A DNA stretch of 64,000 bases from the NCBI GenBank assembly GCA_965198175.1, contig OZ240245.1, forward strand, positions 2,816,001-2,880,000. The letters are read 5' to 3'. A model generated the notes under the pieces. It was not told the DNA's origin. It made no database searches and worked only from the letters and a program-made list of their open reading frames with translations. Below are positions 20,515 to 31,372 of the stretch, one piece after another. The position numbers and the translations under genes were made by a program. Numbering within the stretch: position 1 is the stretch's first letter; each line of letters opens with the position of its first letter. The DNA comes from Candidatus Poribacteria bacterium. Its GTDB lineage: Bacteria > Poribacteria > WGA-4E > PCPOR2b.

Positions 20515-21351
20515 ATGTCTAAGAACATGTTGAAATGGTTGTTCGGTACACTGTTTTCGGCGGGTTTGGTACTCGCCGGGCTAAGTGCCCACAGCATTGA
20601 CGAGAACAACATCCTTGTTCACTGGTCATTTGACGAACTGGACAATGAGATGTTCAAAGATGAATCGGGCAACGGTTACGATGCAGAACTGGTAGCACCT
20701 GGCGAACTTGTCGAAGGGAAGTTCAACCAAGCTGTTCATCTGCCCGGCGGCTTCGTCAAGCTACCTCCAAGCGACGTTGTTCAGAGTGTAGGCGATACAG
20801 GTGAAATTACAATGGAGGCATGGGTTTTCTTCAACGAGCTTCCGCCCGCACAGTGGGATGGAGTCATCTCGGATAGCACCGCACAATTCCGCATGATGGT
20901 GCAAGCCCCGGACCACAACCCGTACTGGAACGTGGGTAATCGCGCAGACAAAAGCCATCAGGCTTTCAAGTTCAAGAAGAACAAATGGTATCACTATGTC
21001 GTCCTTGGTGATACCGCTAACAGCAAAGTTTATATTGACGGGGAGCTCGTCGCTGAAGAAGCCCAACCGCCGAACCTCGAAAAGAATCTGCCCAAACCAC
21101 CGGACATCAACAAGCCCTTCCAAATGCCGGAGCTCAAACAGGTGTCAATCTTCGTCGGTGCCGGCGAAGCTGAACATGTCTGGAGGATTGACGACGCAAT
21201 TATTGATGAGGTCGCTATCTACAACAAAGTGCTCACCGAAGCGGAAATCAACGATTTGACAGAGCGAGGACTTGGCGAGGTACTCCGCGCGGTCAATCCG
21301 CAAGGTAAGTTAGCTACCCGTTGGGGTGAAATAAAAATGCAGCGCCATTAA
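20515..21351 (+). CDS. Secreted LamG-like jellyroll protein (paralog of 17518)
   Basis: Near-identical N- and C-terminal segments to the 17518 protein; tail AVNPQGKLATRWGEIK. Confidence 0.85.
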   Translation: MSKNMLKWLFGTLFSAGLVLAGLSAHSIDENNILVHWSFDELDNEMFKDESGNGYDAELVAPGELVEGKFNQAVHLPGGFVKLPPSDVVQSVGDTGEITMEAWVFFNELPPAQWDGVISDSTAQFRMMVQAPDHNPYWNVGNRADKSHQAFKFKKNKWYHYVVLGDTANSKVYIDGELVAEEAQPPNLEKNLPKPPDINKPFQMPELKQVSIFVGAGEAEHVWRIDDAIIDEVAIYNKVLTEAEINDLTERGLGEVLRAVNPQGKLATRWGEIKMQRH

Positions 21352-21442
21352 CTTGATTGCAGATGTTTCACCATGAAAATGGGAAAATGGGGATTGCTTG
21401 GTTTCTTACCGACGCGGTACACATCATTGAGACCATTAAACA

Positions 21443-22864
21443 GTGGATTTTAAGTGCAGCATCCCTAAAACTCTCTTGCTGTCAATGGTATTGCTCATTA
21501 ACACCTGGCCGCTGCATGCCCAGCAAAAGGACAACCGCGATTCATCTCCATCTGTTCACACCAGAGGTGAATCGCAACAATCTACAGCCGCATTGCAGAA
21601 ACACCTCGATGCGGCTAATCTTTATGCGAAACAAAACGATATCTCAAAAGCCATTGAACAGCTCCACACAATGCTGGGGATAGACCCGCAATGCATTGAG
21701 GCACACATTCAGCTTGGGATTTTCTACTCCAAAATAGGAAATCTCGACGACGCTCTTCAATCATATTCACAGGTGGTGAAACTCAGACCCAAATCTTTCT
21801 CTGCTCACTACAACTTGGGAGTTATCCTCGCACGGAGAGGATCGTTTGAAAAAGCCAAGACGGAATATCAGCTTGCCATCCAACTAGATCCAAATCAGCC
21901 CTTGCCGCACTATCAACTCGGTTTTGTGCTTGCCCAACAGGGCAAATATGAGGAAGCCCTCCCTAAATACAAGAAAGCAGTTGCGCTTGCTCCCAATGCG
22001 AGCGCCCATTATCAACTCGCCAATACATACTTCCGCTTGGGAAATCGAGATGAAGGCGAGCGACAATTAAAAAAATTCAGGGGCGTTCAGGCAAAACAAC
22101 TTTTCGACAAAGCGGAACAATCTTTCAAAAGCGGAAATGTGCAGGAAGCCATTAAATCATATCAGAGGGTGCTTGACACGGAAATTGAATTCGCCCCTGC
22201 CTATGCTAGACTCGGCGCAATTGCGCTTCAACAAGAAGAATTGGAAAATGCGATTCGACATTATAGTGCATATTTAAAGTTAAAACCGGAATCGGTGCAA
22301 GCCCGGCAGACGTTGGGTGCCGTGGCTCTGAAAATAAAGGATTTTGCAACGGCGGCAGAAGAATTTGAACAGGTAATTGCGAAAAATCCTACAGACGCTT
22401 ATCCGTATTATGGGCTTGGCGCAGCCTATTTAGGAAGTTCTCAATTGGAAAATGCGGAAAAATATTTGCAAAGAGCGCTTGAAATAGAACCGGATTTCGC
22501 AGAGGCTTATTACCAACTTGGATGGGTTTATCGGGAACGCGGTCAAATCGAAAAAGCGATTGAATCTTTTAAGCGTTCAATTGCGCTTCGACCGAATTTG
22601 GCGCCGGCATGCAATACGCTCGCATGGTACTACGTTGAACAAGAGCAGCATTTAAATGATGCGATTACATTTGCGAAAAGAGCGGTTGAATCTGATCCGA
22701 TTGCGCCTTACTGGGATACACTCGCTATTGCCCTTTATAAAAATCGAAGATACATAGAAGCGTCTGAGGCAATTGGTAAAGCGCTCGAGCTACAACCGAC
22801 CCATCCCGAATACGTGGCACATCAGAAATTAATTAGGAATGGAATTATCGAGCAGAACAGATGA
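21443..22864 (+). CDS. Tetratricopeptide repeat protein
   Basis: Many TPR units (AHYNLG, AYYQLG, YYGLG); hydrophobic N-terminus. Confidence 0.9.
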   Translation: MDFKCSIPKTLLLSMVLLINTWPLHAQQKDNRDSSPSVHTRGESQQSTAALQKHLDAANLYAKQNDISKAIEQLHTMLGIDPQCIEAHIQLGIFYSKIGNLDDALQSYSQVVKLRPKSFSAHYNLGVILARRGSFEKAKTEYQLAIQLDPNQPLPHYQLGFVLAQQGKYEEALPKYKKAVALAPNASAHYQLANTYFRLGNRDEGERQLKKFRGVQAKQLFDKAEQSFKSGNVQEAIKSYQRVLDTEIEFAPAYARLGAIALQQEELENAIRHYSAYLKLKPESVQARQTLGAVALKIKDFATAAEEFEQVIAKNPTDAYPYYGLGAAYLGSSQLENAEKYLQRALEIEPDFAEAYYQLGWVYRERGQIEKAIESFKRSIALRPNLAPACNTLAWYYVEQEQHLNDAITFAKRAVESDPIAPYWDTLAIALYKNRRYIEASEAIGKALELQPTHPEYVAHQKLIRNGIIEQNR

Positions 22865-24533
22865 AAATATCCTTCAGCGATCGGTGGCGGAGAGCATCTA
22901 TTTTATAGTCCTCGCCATTACGCTTTGCACTTGCCAAATCCTCAATGCACAGACACCAATATTCACAGATGTAACTGCGGAAACCGGAATTGATTTTCAT
23001 CATACGGACGGTAGAAGCGGAAGATACTATCTTCTCGAAGAGTTAGGTTCCGGAGCGGCATTTTTTGATTACGATAACGACGACGACCTAGATATCTATT
23101 TTGTGAATGGTACAAATCTTCCAGGTGCTCAATCCGAGAGGCAACCAACAAATGTACTTTACCGCAACAACGGAGATGGTACGTTTACCGATGTGACGAA
23201 ACTGGGCGGCGTCGGCGACACCGGCTATGGGGTTGGCTGTTGCGTTGGAGACATTGACAATGACGGCTATCTGGATATATATGTAACAAACTTTGGAAAA
23301 AACGTCCTCTACCGCAATAACGGAGACGGCACCTTTTCTGATGTAACGGACGCAGCTAATGTTGGGGACGGGCGTTGGGGTGCAAGTTGCGCCTTTGCCG
23401 ATTATGATAATGACGGTGACCTAGATTTGTACGTGGCGAATTACGTTGAATTTCAGATGGACGAAAACAGAGTTTGCCATCGTAGCGGGATACGAACGTA
23501 TTGTCCGCCGCAAGCCTTTGCCGGTGAGGACGATATACTTTATCGAAATAACGGGAACAGCAGCTTTACGCAAGTTACTCAAGAAGCGGGTGTTTCCAAT
23601 CCACGTGGCAGAGGGCTTGGCGTTGTCTGGGGAGATTACGACAACGACGGCTATCTCGACCTTTATGTAGCGAATGATACCAATGAAAACTATCTCTTCC
23701 GCAATAACCACAACGGCACCTTTTCCGAGGTAGCCTTTTTTGCAGGTTGTGCGTTAAGTGAGCACGGCAAAATGGAAAGCGGTATGGGTGTTGACTTCGG
23801 GGATTACGACAACGACGGTTTTTTGGACATCGCTGTTACCAATTTTCAAGACGAAGTAGCAACGCTATACCGCAATAACGGAAATGGATTCTTTACAGAT
23901 GTTTCATATGCCTCCGGCACAGGTGAAAAAACTTTGCCATCTTTAGGTTGGAGCGTGTGTTTTTTCGACTATGACAACGATGCGGACAAGGATATATTTA
24001 TAGCCAACGGACATGTTTACGACAATGTTGAATTATTTGAACCTGCCACGACTTACGCACAATCCAACCACCTTTTTGAAAATCGGGGGGACGGTACTTT
24101 TCAAGAAGCTACCGCCCATGTCGGTGCGGATATGTCCCGCAAAGCACCCAGCCGTGGTGCCATCTTTGGGGATTATGACAACGACGGTGACATTGATATA
24201 TTGGTCACAAACAGCAACACAAAGCCGCAACTCCTTAGAAATGATGGAGGCAATCGTAACAATTGGATTAAGGTGCGTGCTATCGGTAAGGCAAGCAACC
24301 GCCCAGGCATCGGAACCAGAATCAAAGTCGCCACAGGCGATCTGTTTCAGATTGCTGAGGTAAAAAGTGGTTCCGGCTATCTCGGGCAAAATGATTCGTC
24401 CCTCCATTTCGGTCTGGGAAATTACACCGTGGTTGATAAAATCACTGCCATCTTTCCAAGTGGAAGAGTCCACGCAATCGAGGCAGCGGCAGCCAATCAG
24501 GTTATTGAAATTGAAGAACCCCAGAAGAAATGA
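22839..24533 (+). CDS. CRTAC1/ASPIC-UnbV family FG-GAP repeat protein
   Basis: Repeated DYDNDG.LD, LYRNNGDGTF; C-terminal GSGYLGQN..LHFGLG. Confidence 0.92.
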   Translation: MELSSRTDENILQRSVAESIYFIVLAITLCTCQILNAQTPIFTDVTAETGIDFHHTDGRSGRYYLLEELGSGAAFFDYDNDDDLDIYFVNGTNLPGAQSERQPTNVLYRNNGDGTFTDVTKLGGVGDTGYGVGCCVGDIDNDGYLDIYVTNFGKNVLYRNNGDGTFSDVTDAANVGDGRWGASCAFADYDNDGDLDLYVANYVEFQMDENRVCHRSGIRTYCPPQAFAGEDDILYRNNGNSSFTQVTQEAGVSNPRGRGLGVVWGDYDNDGYLDLYVANDTNENYLFRNNHNGTFSEVAFFAGCALSEHGKMESGMGVDFGDYDNDGFLDIAVTNFQDEVATLYRNNGNGFFTDVSYASGTGEKTLPSLGWSVCFFDYDNDADKDIFIANGHVYDNVELFEPATTYAQSNHLFENRGDGTFQEATAHVGADMSRKAPSRGAIFGDYDNDGDIDILVTNSNTKPQLLRNDGGNRNNWIKVRAIGKASNRPGIGTRIKVATGDLFQIAEVKSGSGYLGQNDSSLHFGLGNYTVVDKITAIFPSGRVHAIEAAAANQVIEIEEPQKK

Positions 24534-24696
24534 TGTGCAGCCATCATTTCTTCCCATACAACTACGCACATGAAGGCAGAAAAAATAGAGTGGTGTTTGA
24601 TTTCTGTTGACGAGGGCGTGGAAACTAGGTAAAATGGTTCGCAATTTAATTCTAATTGAGCAGATTTGGGCTCTCTCTGGATTAAATGTATTATGT

Positions 24697-24736
24697 AAAT
24701 TCTCCCCCTTACCAAGGGGGAGTTAGAGGGGGTGCA
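24697..24736. repeat. Dispersed CCCCCTT-N3-AAGGGGG palindromic repeat
   Basis: CTCCCCCTTACCAAGGGGGAGTTAGAGGGGGTGC; homologous copies at 32268 and 46499. Confidence 0.8.
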
Positions 24737-24811
24737 GTTCTGTTTCAAAGCCAACAATAACTGATTTTGACAAATAAATATATTGAACAGACAGCATCAA
24801 GGAGTTCCGCC

Positions 24812-25777
24812 ATGAAATACGATAAAGAAAATCGAACGTTTGACTGTGATCCTACCCTGACAGACTCGCAGGTGCTCGAATTTTGCCGGAACGGTTACCT
24901 GATTCTGGAAGGCGTTGTGCCAGATGACATTAATCAACGCACCTGCGATTACTTGGATGGAAAGACACCGGCTGAACCCATCTATATTCCCGAAGGATTG
25001 ACAGTTGAGGACCTAGAGAGTTTTCGCACCACAGGCGAACCCTCCGGAATCATGCTTGAGGAGTGGTTTATTGAGCATGTCCTTCTCAATCCCCAGCTTG
25101 GAGGCGCATTGCGATCGTTGCTCGGGAAAAACGTGGGGCTGCCGTCGGTTATCAGTCACCATCGGGCTGAATGTCCCGCCGGACCACAGGGATGGCATCA
25201 CGATGCTGACTGCGTGTTTGGGCCCGAAGTCAACTTTGTCGAAGTGTTCTACTATCCTCAGGACACGCCGCGGGAATTGGGGCCCACTGAGATTGTGCCA
25301 GGCTCTCACATTCGCCGTGTCCGTGTAGAACCGGGGAAGGACGAGTTTCGAGAAGTTCCGCCGCAGCCGCCGCACTTTGTTGTTTGGGAGCCCACCAAGG
25401 TTGTAACCACTGCACCTGCTGGGACGCTTATCATTCATCATCAAAGTGTTATGCATCGCAAAGGCCCATCCACGGTAAAAGGACTGCGCCGTATGCTAAA
25501 ACACAACTACTGGCGAACTGTCCCGCCAGAAAGAGATTGGATTATTGAGCCGGACTTTGACTTTCAGACAGCCGATTATTGGGGGCATGGAATGGCCAAA
25601 TATATTGCGCACATGTTCTATTGGCTGTGCGGGAAGGGGGATGAGTTCCGGATAATGGGTGGTCAAGCCTGGCCCTGGCATAACCAAAACCAAATCGGTA
25701 AATCTTATGGATTTGGGCTAACTGAAGGCTATCGCCCCAACTGGCGAAATAATAACGTTGATGATTACGCAGCTTGA
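24812..25777 (+). CDS. PhyH family dioxygenase
   Basis: GWHHD, GPTEIVPGSH, MHRK; ATG follows AAGGAG. Confidence 0.85.
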   Translation: MKYDKENRTFDCDPTLTDSQVLEFCRNGYLILEGVVPDDINQRTCDYLDGKTPAEPIYIPEGLTVEDLESFRTTGEPSGIMLEEWFIEHVLLNPQLGGALRSLLGKNVGLPSVISHHRAECPAGPQGWHHDADCVFGPEVNFVEVFYYPQDTPRELGPTEIVPGSHIRRVRVEPGKDEFREVPPQPPHFVVWEPTKVVTTAPAGTLIIHHQSVMHRKGPSTVKGLRRMLKHNYWRTVPPERDWIIEPDFDFQTADYWGHGMAKYIAHMFYWLCGKGDEFRIMGGQAWPWHNQNQIGKSYGFGLTEGYRPNWRNNNVDDYAA

Positions 25778-25881
25778 TTGAGCTCACGGTAAATCAGATA
25801 CTACACTGTCAAGACTGTCAGGAATTTCGCTTTTCATATCCATCCTTAATCGTCTCCACAGAAGAAAGACGGGGTCTATAC

Positions 25882-26712
25882 ATGTCGAGGGTTCTGTTTT
25901 CAATGCTCGTCCTTGTCCTGATGTCGGGCTGGATATCGGGAATAACACCGGTTTCCCAAGCCAAGGTGATAGGTGCCTGGCTCTTCAATGAAGGGAAAGG
26001 CAATGTTGCCAAGGATTCCGCCGGTAACGGGTTTGACCTGGAGGTCGTCAAAGGGAAGTGGCTTGAAGGTGGAGGCTCATTTGATGGAGCCTTGGGATTT
26101 AGTATGGCAACATATGCTTGGATCGAGGTCAAAAAGAAAGACGCAGAGTTTAACCTTGATAAAGGAGAATTCACGATTATAACGAGGGGATACCTAACAG
26201 GATTGAGCTCGTGTTGTGCAGGGATTCCCCGTTGGGAGGCACTCAGCGGAGACTTCGACCGTGCAGGATGGCTCATACATCCGGATACAGGAGCACCCGA
26301 CTATGTGTTTAGTTGGTGGTATAATGATGGAGGCTGGACCAAAGCTGGAAGTTCAGGTGCACTAAGGTTTAAAGCGGAGTGGCATCAGTTTGCCGTGACT
26401 TTTGATACAAAGAGGATACTGATGTATCTTGACGGCGAAGAGATAGTTGACTTCCCAACGAACCGTGGGCCAACCCCCTTTGAAGACGGTGGAACACTCA
26501 CTTACTCCCGCGACCGCTGTTGTGTCCCGCCCCGGATGTTCACCGGCGCCATCGATGAAAGCCTTATAGCGGATGAAGCCTTCTCAGCAGCCGTAATTGC
26601 AGAATCAGCGAAGAAAGGACTTCAAGATACAGCCGCATTCAGACAGGTGTTCGCCGTCAATGAGCGCGGTAAGTTAGCCACGACCTGGAGCCGATTGAAA
26701 ACCCTATACTAA
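25882..26712 (+). CDS. Secreted LamG-like jellyroll protein
   Basis: Signal peptide, WLFNEGKG..KDSAGNG, WHQFAVTFD, GAIDE; tail AVNERGKLATTWSRLK. Confidence 0.82.
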   Translation: MSRVLFSMLVLVLMSGWISGITPVSQAKVIGAWLFNEGKGNVAKDSAGNGFDLEVVKGKWLEGGGSFDGALGFSMATYAWIEVKKKDAEFNLDKGEFTIITRGYLTGLSSCCAGIPRWEALSGDFDRAGWLIHPDTGAPDYVFSWWYNDGGWTKAGSSGALRFKAEWHQFAVTFDTKRILMYLDGEEIVDFPTNRGPTPFEDGGTLTYSRDRCCVPPRMFTGAIDESLIADEAFSAAVIAESAKKGLQDTAAFRQVFAVNERGKLATTWSRLKTLY

Positions 26713-26858
26713 TCTGTGATACGAGGTTTAATTCTTGTTGCGATGGATGTAGGAGTAAAACCCCTGACCCCGAATAACGTAGGACGACGTATTACGCATC
26801 ACCGAACCGAATTTTCGAAGAACATAAACCATGTCTATAGAAATGGAGAAAAATCGCT

Positions 26859-27731
26859 ATGACAGCTATGAGAACAACCAATTGTGAACCCACGCTAAAT
26901 GACCACCAGGTCTGGGAATTTTGCAAAAACGGGTTCCTTGCCCTACACGATGTTGTAGGTGACGAGATTAACAAGAAAGTTCTTGAATTCCTTGAAGCCC
27001 ACGACGGGCGGGGCGGGGAGCTGATCAATGAGGAGTGGTTTGTTGAAAACGTCTTTCTCAATCCTCAAGCCGCGGGCGCAGTGCGGTCATTGCTCGGCGA
27101 CAACTTTTCCCTGCCTATCGGAATGGGCAATCATCGAGTTGTCTGTCCCGCCCCAAGTCAGGGATGGCATCACGATGGGGCTTCACTGGTGGGACCAGAG
27201 TTGAATCACTTGCAGGTGTTTTACTATCCTCAAGATTGCCCGGAGGACATGGGACCGACCGGATTGGTGCCCGGCTCGCATTTTCTACACGCCTTACAAA
27301 GCTGGATGAGCCACTATGGCGACATTCGCGGCGCCGTCAAAACCACAGCCCCCGCCGGTTCGATTTTCATAACCGTCTATCCGATATGGCATCGCCGCTC
27401 TAAATCGACTGCAAAAGCGATTCGCAATATGCTCAAATACTGCTATTGGCGAACTACGCCCCCGCAGCACGATTGGATAGCCGTACCGAATTATAACCCA
27501 ATGACAGCAGACTTTCCCGACGCAACCGCCGCGCCGCGCCAACAGTGTCAGTCTTGGTATGAAGTCGCTGAGATGTATTACTGGCTGCGCGGAGAACTGG
27601 ACACGTTCTATGGAATAATGGGCGGTGAAGGCTGGCCGCACGGCTATCCCGTACTGTGGAAACCTGAAGGATTCCACAGGTTTCCGAAGTCGGCGGCTCA
27701 ACACGATTCTATTGAAGGGCAATCCCTTTAA
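26859..27731 (+). CDS. PhyH family dioxygenase
   Basis: GWHHD, GPTGLVPGSH, WHRR. Confidence 0.85.
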   Translation: MTAMRTTNCEPTLNDHQVWEFCKNGFLALHDVVGDEINKKVLEFLEAHDGRGGELINEEWFVENVFLNPQAAGAVRSLLGDNFSLPIGMGNHRVVCPAPSQGWHHDGASLVGPELNHLQVFYYPQDCPEDMGPTGLVPGSHFLHALQSWMSHYGDIRGAVKTTAPAGSIFITVYPIWHRRSKSTAKAIRNMLKYCYWRTTPPQHDWIAVPNYNPMTADFPDATAAPRQQCQSWYEVAEMYYWLRGELDTFYGIMGGEGWPHGYPVLWKPEGFHRFPKSAAQHDSIEGQSL

Positions 27732-27764
27732 CCGCTAGGTCCGCCAAGAAAGATTGCTGTAATT

Positions 27765-29729
27765 GTGCCTCCAAAAAACCTCCTGCCGAACGCCGCATTC
27801 GAACTAGAATTCGGCGATCATGTACCTACTGATTGGGCTGACTACTATAATCCGTTGACCATAAAGCTATTGGCACGCCACCAAATCCCCAAGGTGTCGC
27901 CACGAAGTGAAATCGTCGAAGATGCGATGCACGGTGAGCGGGCAGCCCGCGTAGAAACCGAAAGCATCGGCGGGAGGGCAATCGCGCATTTGACCTCCGC
28001 GATGGTGTCTGTACAGCCCTGCACACCGCATAGCATTTCGGTTTATGCAAAGTGCGAGGCCCCCGCCGCCACACTAGAGATGGGCTTGTGGACGCGACCG
28101 CTGGACTTTACAAAGACGCCCGACTCTCTGAGCTACCCAATCCCCATTTCGACGACGTGGCGGCGTTACGAGTTTACTTGCTGCACTGACGAGCTAGAAG
28201 ATTGCGCCGTGGTCGATTTCAAGGTCACTTCTGAAAATGACAGGACGGTGGTCTGGTTCAATGGTGCGCAGCTTGAACAAGGACCGCGGGCGTCGGAATT
28301 CACAACCAGGCGGGAAGTGGAAGCTGCGGTTGAAGGGCGGCGCGGTCAGTTGACGCACCTCAACGATGAGCCGCTGAAGCTGTATCTTACAACCTACAAC
28401 CATACGAGCCAGCCGCGAAATGAACCCATCACTTTGAAGATAAGCGAACTGGTCACGAATCGCCAGATCTTCAACCACACCATCACCGAACCCGTTCCAA
28501 CCGGGCGCAGTGAGCGCACGTTGTCGCTGCCTTTCCCCTTTGTTGGCGAGTTTCGCGCCCAGCTTTTCACCGTGAGCGGGGAACAGATTAGTACCGGCGA
28601 CTACATCTTCGTCAACCATCCGGTTTTCGAGGAGACCTATCAAGCCGTGCTCTACACACGGTGCAGCGCAGTGCATCAACTGCCCGCGGAACGGGGCGTG
28701 CTGCCGTGGACGAACGATCGCAATTGGTATGCAGACCCGCCGGCGACATTGACCGTAACGGACGATGACGCAATTCACGTCCAGACCAGCGACGGTCACA
28801 CGGTGATGCGTACGCGTGACGGCGGTCGAACCTGGGACAATCTGCAGGTGACCAAACCGATTAACACCGTCCTTCGCGACGGGGTGTTCGTGGCTGCCGA
28901 GTTGGAAGACGAAGACATCGTCGTGTATAAATCGGATGATCTCGGACGTACATGGGGGGCAATCGGACGCATTGACCAAGCCCGACAACCGCAGATGGGG
29001 GGGATTGAGCAGTTGCGCAATGGAGAGCTAATCGTCCCAATCGGTATTGAGGCGCGCGCTGCGGCCGGACAAAGCACCGTCCACGCCTTTCGATCGACGG
29101 ATGGAGGGGTGACATGGTCAGCCGGTGCGCCCATCTGTCCCGGCGGCGAGCCGCAAATTCTTGAATTGCAGTCCGGACGGTTACTTGCGTTCTGTCGGAA
29201 CAACCCGAGGGTACCAATTGGCGACCTACAGCGCCCATTTCGGAACGAAGGCCCCTGGCTGCTGTGGCAGCGGTTGGGGAATCACCGAACGCTATCGTCA
29301 TACACAAAGCGGATAACGCTGGCTGAGTCGGACGACGGCGGTGAGACTTGGCACAGTCAACGCCCCGCAACCTTTCTACTTGAAGAGATGCACGGTGGAG
29401 CCGTACAATTGCCCGATGGCCGTATCGTCTTGCTTTACACCCACCGGGGACCCCACTATCGGGGCGGCGAACGCGCCAAGGTGAGTTGCGACGAAGGGCG
29501 GACATGGCGCGACGAACTGTATTACCTGACGGCGACGCCATCCTACCCCGGCTATTCCGGCAGTTGCGTCTTACCGCCGCATTTAGCCGACGGCGTGCCG
29601 GGCACTATCTTGACCGTCGTTGGCGAAAGATCGGAAGGCAACTGGGGCAGTGAGGGACCGCCGACACCGGAAGGTTTCAAATACATGCCGCGAATGCAGG
29701 CGATTCGTTGGCGCCCCGTAGACTCGTAA
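27765..29729 (+). CDS. Sialidase-like BNR/Asp-box protein with N-terminal carbohydrate-binding-like domain
   Basis: Five Asp-boxes (TRDGGRTW, SDDLGRTW, STDGGVTW, SDDGGETW, SCDEGRTW); N-terminal NLLPNAAFE...QLEQG module. Confidence 0.75.
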   Translation: MPPKNLLPNAAFELEFGDHVPTDWADYYNPLTIKLLARHQIPKVSPRSEIVEDAMHGERAARVETESIGGRAIAHLTSAMVSVQPCTPHSISVYAKCEAPAATLEMGLWTRPLDFTKTPDSLSYPIPISTTWRRYEFTCCTDELEDCAVVDFKVTSENDRTVVWFNGAQLEQGPRASEFTTRREVEAAVEGRRGQLTHLNDEPLKLYLTTYNHTSQPRNEPITLKISELVTNRQIFNHTITEPVPTGRSERTLSLPFPFVGEFRAQLFTVSGEQISTGDYIFVNHPVFEETYQAVLYTRCSAVHQLPAERGVLPWTNDRNWYADPPATLTVTDDDAIHVQTSDGHTVMRTRDGGRTWDNLQVTKPINTVLRDGVFVAAELEDEDIVVYKSDDLGRTWGAIGRIDQARQPQMGGIEQLRNGELIVPIGIEARAAAGQSTVHAFRSTDGGVTWSAGAPICPGGEPQILELQSGRLLAFCRNNPRVPIGDLQRPFRNEGPWLLWQRLGNHRTLSSYTKRITLAESDDGGETWHSQRPATFLLEEMHGGAVQLPDGRIVLLYTHRGPHYRGGERAKVSCDEGRTWRDELYYLTATPSYPGYSGSCVLPPHLADGVPGTILTVVGERSEGNWGSEGPPTPEGFKYMPRMQAIRWRPVDS

Positions 29730-29773
29730 TATCCGCCGATGAAACTACAACTCAGGGCTCAAATGCTGGCCTG

Positions 29774-31096
29774 TCAATTTTCCGCGATGCAGTAGAGGTA
29801 TTTCTCGCCGCGCAAGAACATCTCGCTGCCAACGAGGGCAGCCGAGGCGCTGAAGCTGTCGTTCAGTCGGTTTTGCGCCAAGACACGCGGGTTATCATCG
29901 CGGCTAATTACTAGCGTTGTACCGTTCCGATCGGTGACGTAGATGCGATCAGCAGCACCCACCGGCGAAGCATAAATATCGCGGAGACCGCCGAGCCGAA
30001 AAGGACCGCCCTGATCCTCGCCGGTCTTCGCATTCACACGCGACAAAATCCCTTGATAGTGACGAAGGAAATACAACGAGTCGCCATAAAGCAGCGGGGA
30101 GGGTACGTACGGTGTTCCCCGTCTGCGGCGCCATAGCACTCGGTCAGTTCCGGTGATGTCACCCCTCGCACCCTCTAGGCGAATAGCCAGCAATGCGCGT
30201 TTGTCATAGCTGCTGCCGGCATAAACTATTCCATCCGACGCCACTGGCGAGGCGACGATGTTAGCCGACAGCCCGCCGCATTCCCAGATGACCGCCCCAG
30301 TGGCGAGATCGTAGCCTCGCACACGATGCGTGCCGCTGATGATGAGTTGCGTTTTGCCCGCGTGCTCGACGACGATTGGTGTCGCCCACGACGTGACCTC
30401 TTCACGTGCGACCTTCCAGCGCTGTTTCCCGGTGCGTTTGTCGAACGCCACCACAAAAGACTGACCTTCGTGATCCCAGTTGATAATCAGCGTGTCACCG
30501 TACAGCACAGGCGAACTGCCCTCTCCGTGCCCGTGCTTGGTCTGCATGTCACCGAGGTCTTTTTCCCACTTCAACTCACCGTCCACGTCGAAGCAATAAA
30601 GTCCTCGTGAACCGAAAAATGCGTACACGTGCTCCCCATCGGTCACCGGCGAGTTGGATGCGAGGCTAGCGGAATAATGCCCCATCTCGTGCGGCAGTTC
30701 CTCATGCACCGTCCGTTGCCAAGTAACCTTTCCGCTGCGGCGGTCGACGGCGAGGACGACAAACTTGTGGCGGGAGGTCACCGGCAGATTGTCATGTGCG
30801 CCAGGCGCATCGCTATATCTGGGGTTCAGTGCGTCACCGTGTGGAACGGCTGCGGTCGTGAATAGCGAATCACCCGAGACAATCGGCGACGAATGTCCGC
30901 TGCCCGGCAGTTCAACTTTCCATCGGATATTTTTATGCTCGCTCCATTCCAACGGAGGATCGGCATACGGCGCAACCCCAGTACCCAATGGACCGCGCCA
31001 CTGCTGCCAGTTATGTTTCGCGTCGGTGTCGCTGGCTTCCGTCATCGGGTACCCCAGCAGCCAGAATATTGCAAGGATGTACACAAAACGTCTCAT
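29774..31096 (-). CDS. PQQ-binding-like beta-propeller repeat protein
   Basis: Signal peptide, NWQQWRGP, SSPIV, SSPVL, PYVPSPL, SASAA. Confidence 0.88.
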   Translation of the reverse strand: MRRFVYILAIFWLLGYPMTEASDTDAKHNWQQWRGPLGTGVAPYADPPLEWSEHKNIRWKVELPGSGHSSPIVSGDSLFTTAAVPHGDALNPRYSDAPGAHDNLPVTSRHKFVVLAVDRRSGKVTWQRTVHEELPHEMGHYSASLASNSPVTDGEHVYAFFGSRGLYCFDVDGELKWEKDLGDMQTKHGHGEGSSPVLYGDTLIINWDHEGQSFVVAFDKRTGKQRWKVAREEVTSWATPIVVEHAGKTQLIISGTHRVRGYDLATGAVIWECGGLSANIVASPVASDGIVYAGSSYDKRALLAIRLEGARGDITGTDRVLWRRRRGTPYVPSPLLYGDSLYFLRHYQGILSRVNAKTGEDQGGPFRLGGLRDIYASPVGAADRIYVTDRNGTTLVISRDDNPRVLAQNRLNDSFSASAALVGSEMFLRGEKYLYCIAEN

Positions 31097-31135
31097 AGTT
31101 TCTTCATTAGTAAAAGAATTATTATTTATACACAG

Positions 31136-31207
31136 CGGTAGGTTCGGTTTCCTAACCGAACCGGTATTTATCCAGTCCGTTGGTGCGGTTGGAAACCGCC
31201 CCTACCG
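31136..31207. repeat. Inverted doublet of GTAG-type REP palindromes (REPIN-like)
   Basis: CGGTAGGTTCGGTTTCCTAACCGAACCG and, on the opposite strand, CGGTAGGGGCGGTTTCCAACCGCACCA. Confidence 0.7.
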
Positions 31208-31372
31208 AAACATGTGTAAAAATGAATGGAATTGGCTATATGTGAAAATCTCGCCTTTCTTAAGTGACGTGGAAATGCGAGCGGACGGTTTCTTTGTCAA
31301 GTAGGATGGGATGCAGCGCAACGGTGCGCGAGAGCGAGTATGGGTGATGCGAAGGGGTCTGGGTTTAGGTAT

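Noticed and set aside
28194..29541. Long antisense ORFs here and at 15050, 24033, 41681 and 63097
   Set aside because: Shadows of well-supported genes on the opposite strand, with no recognisable motifs.
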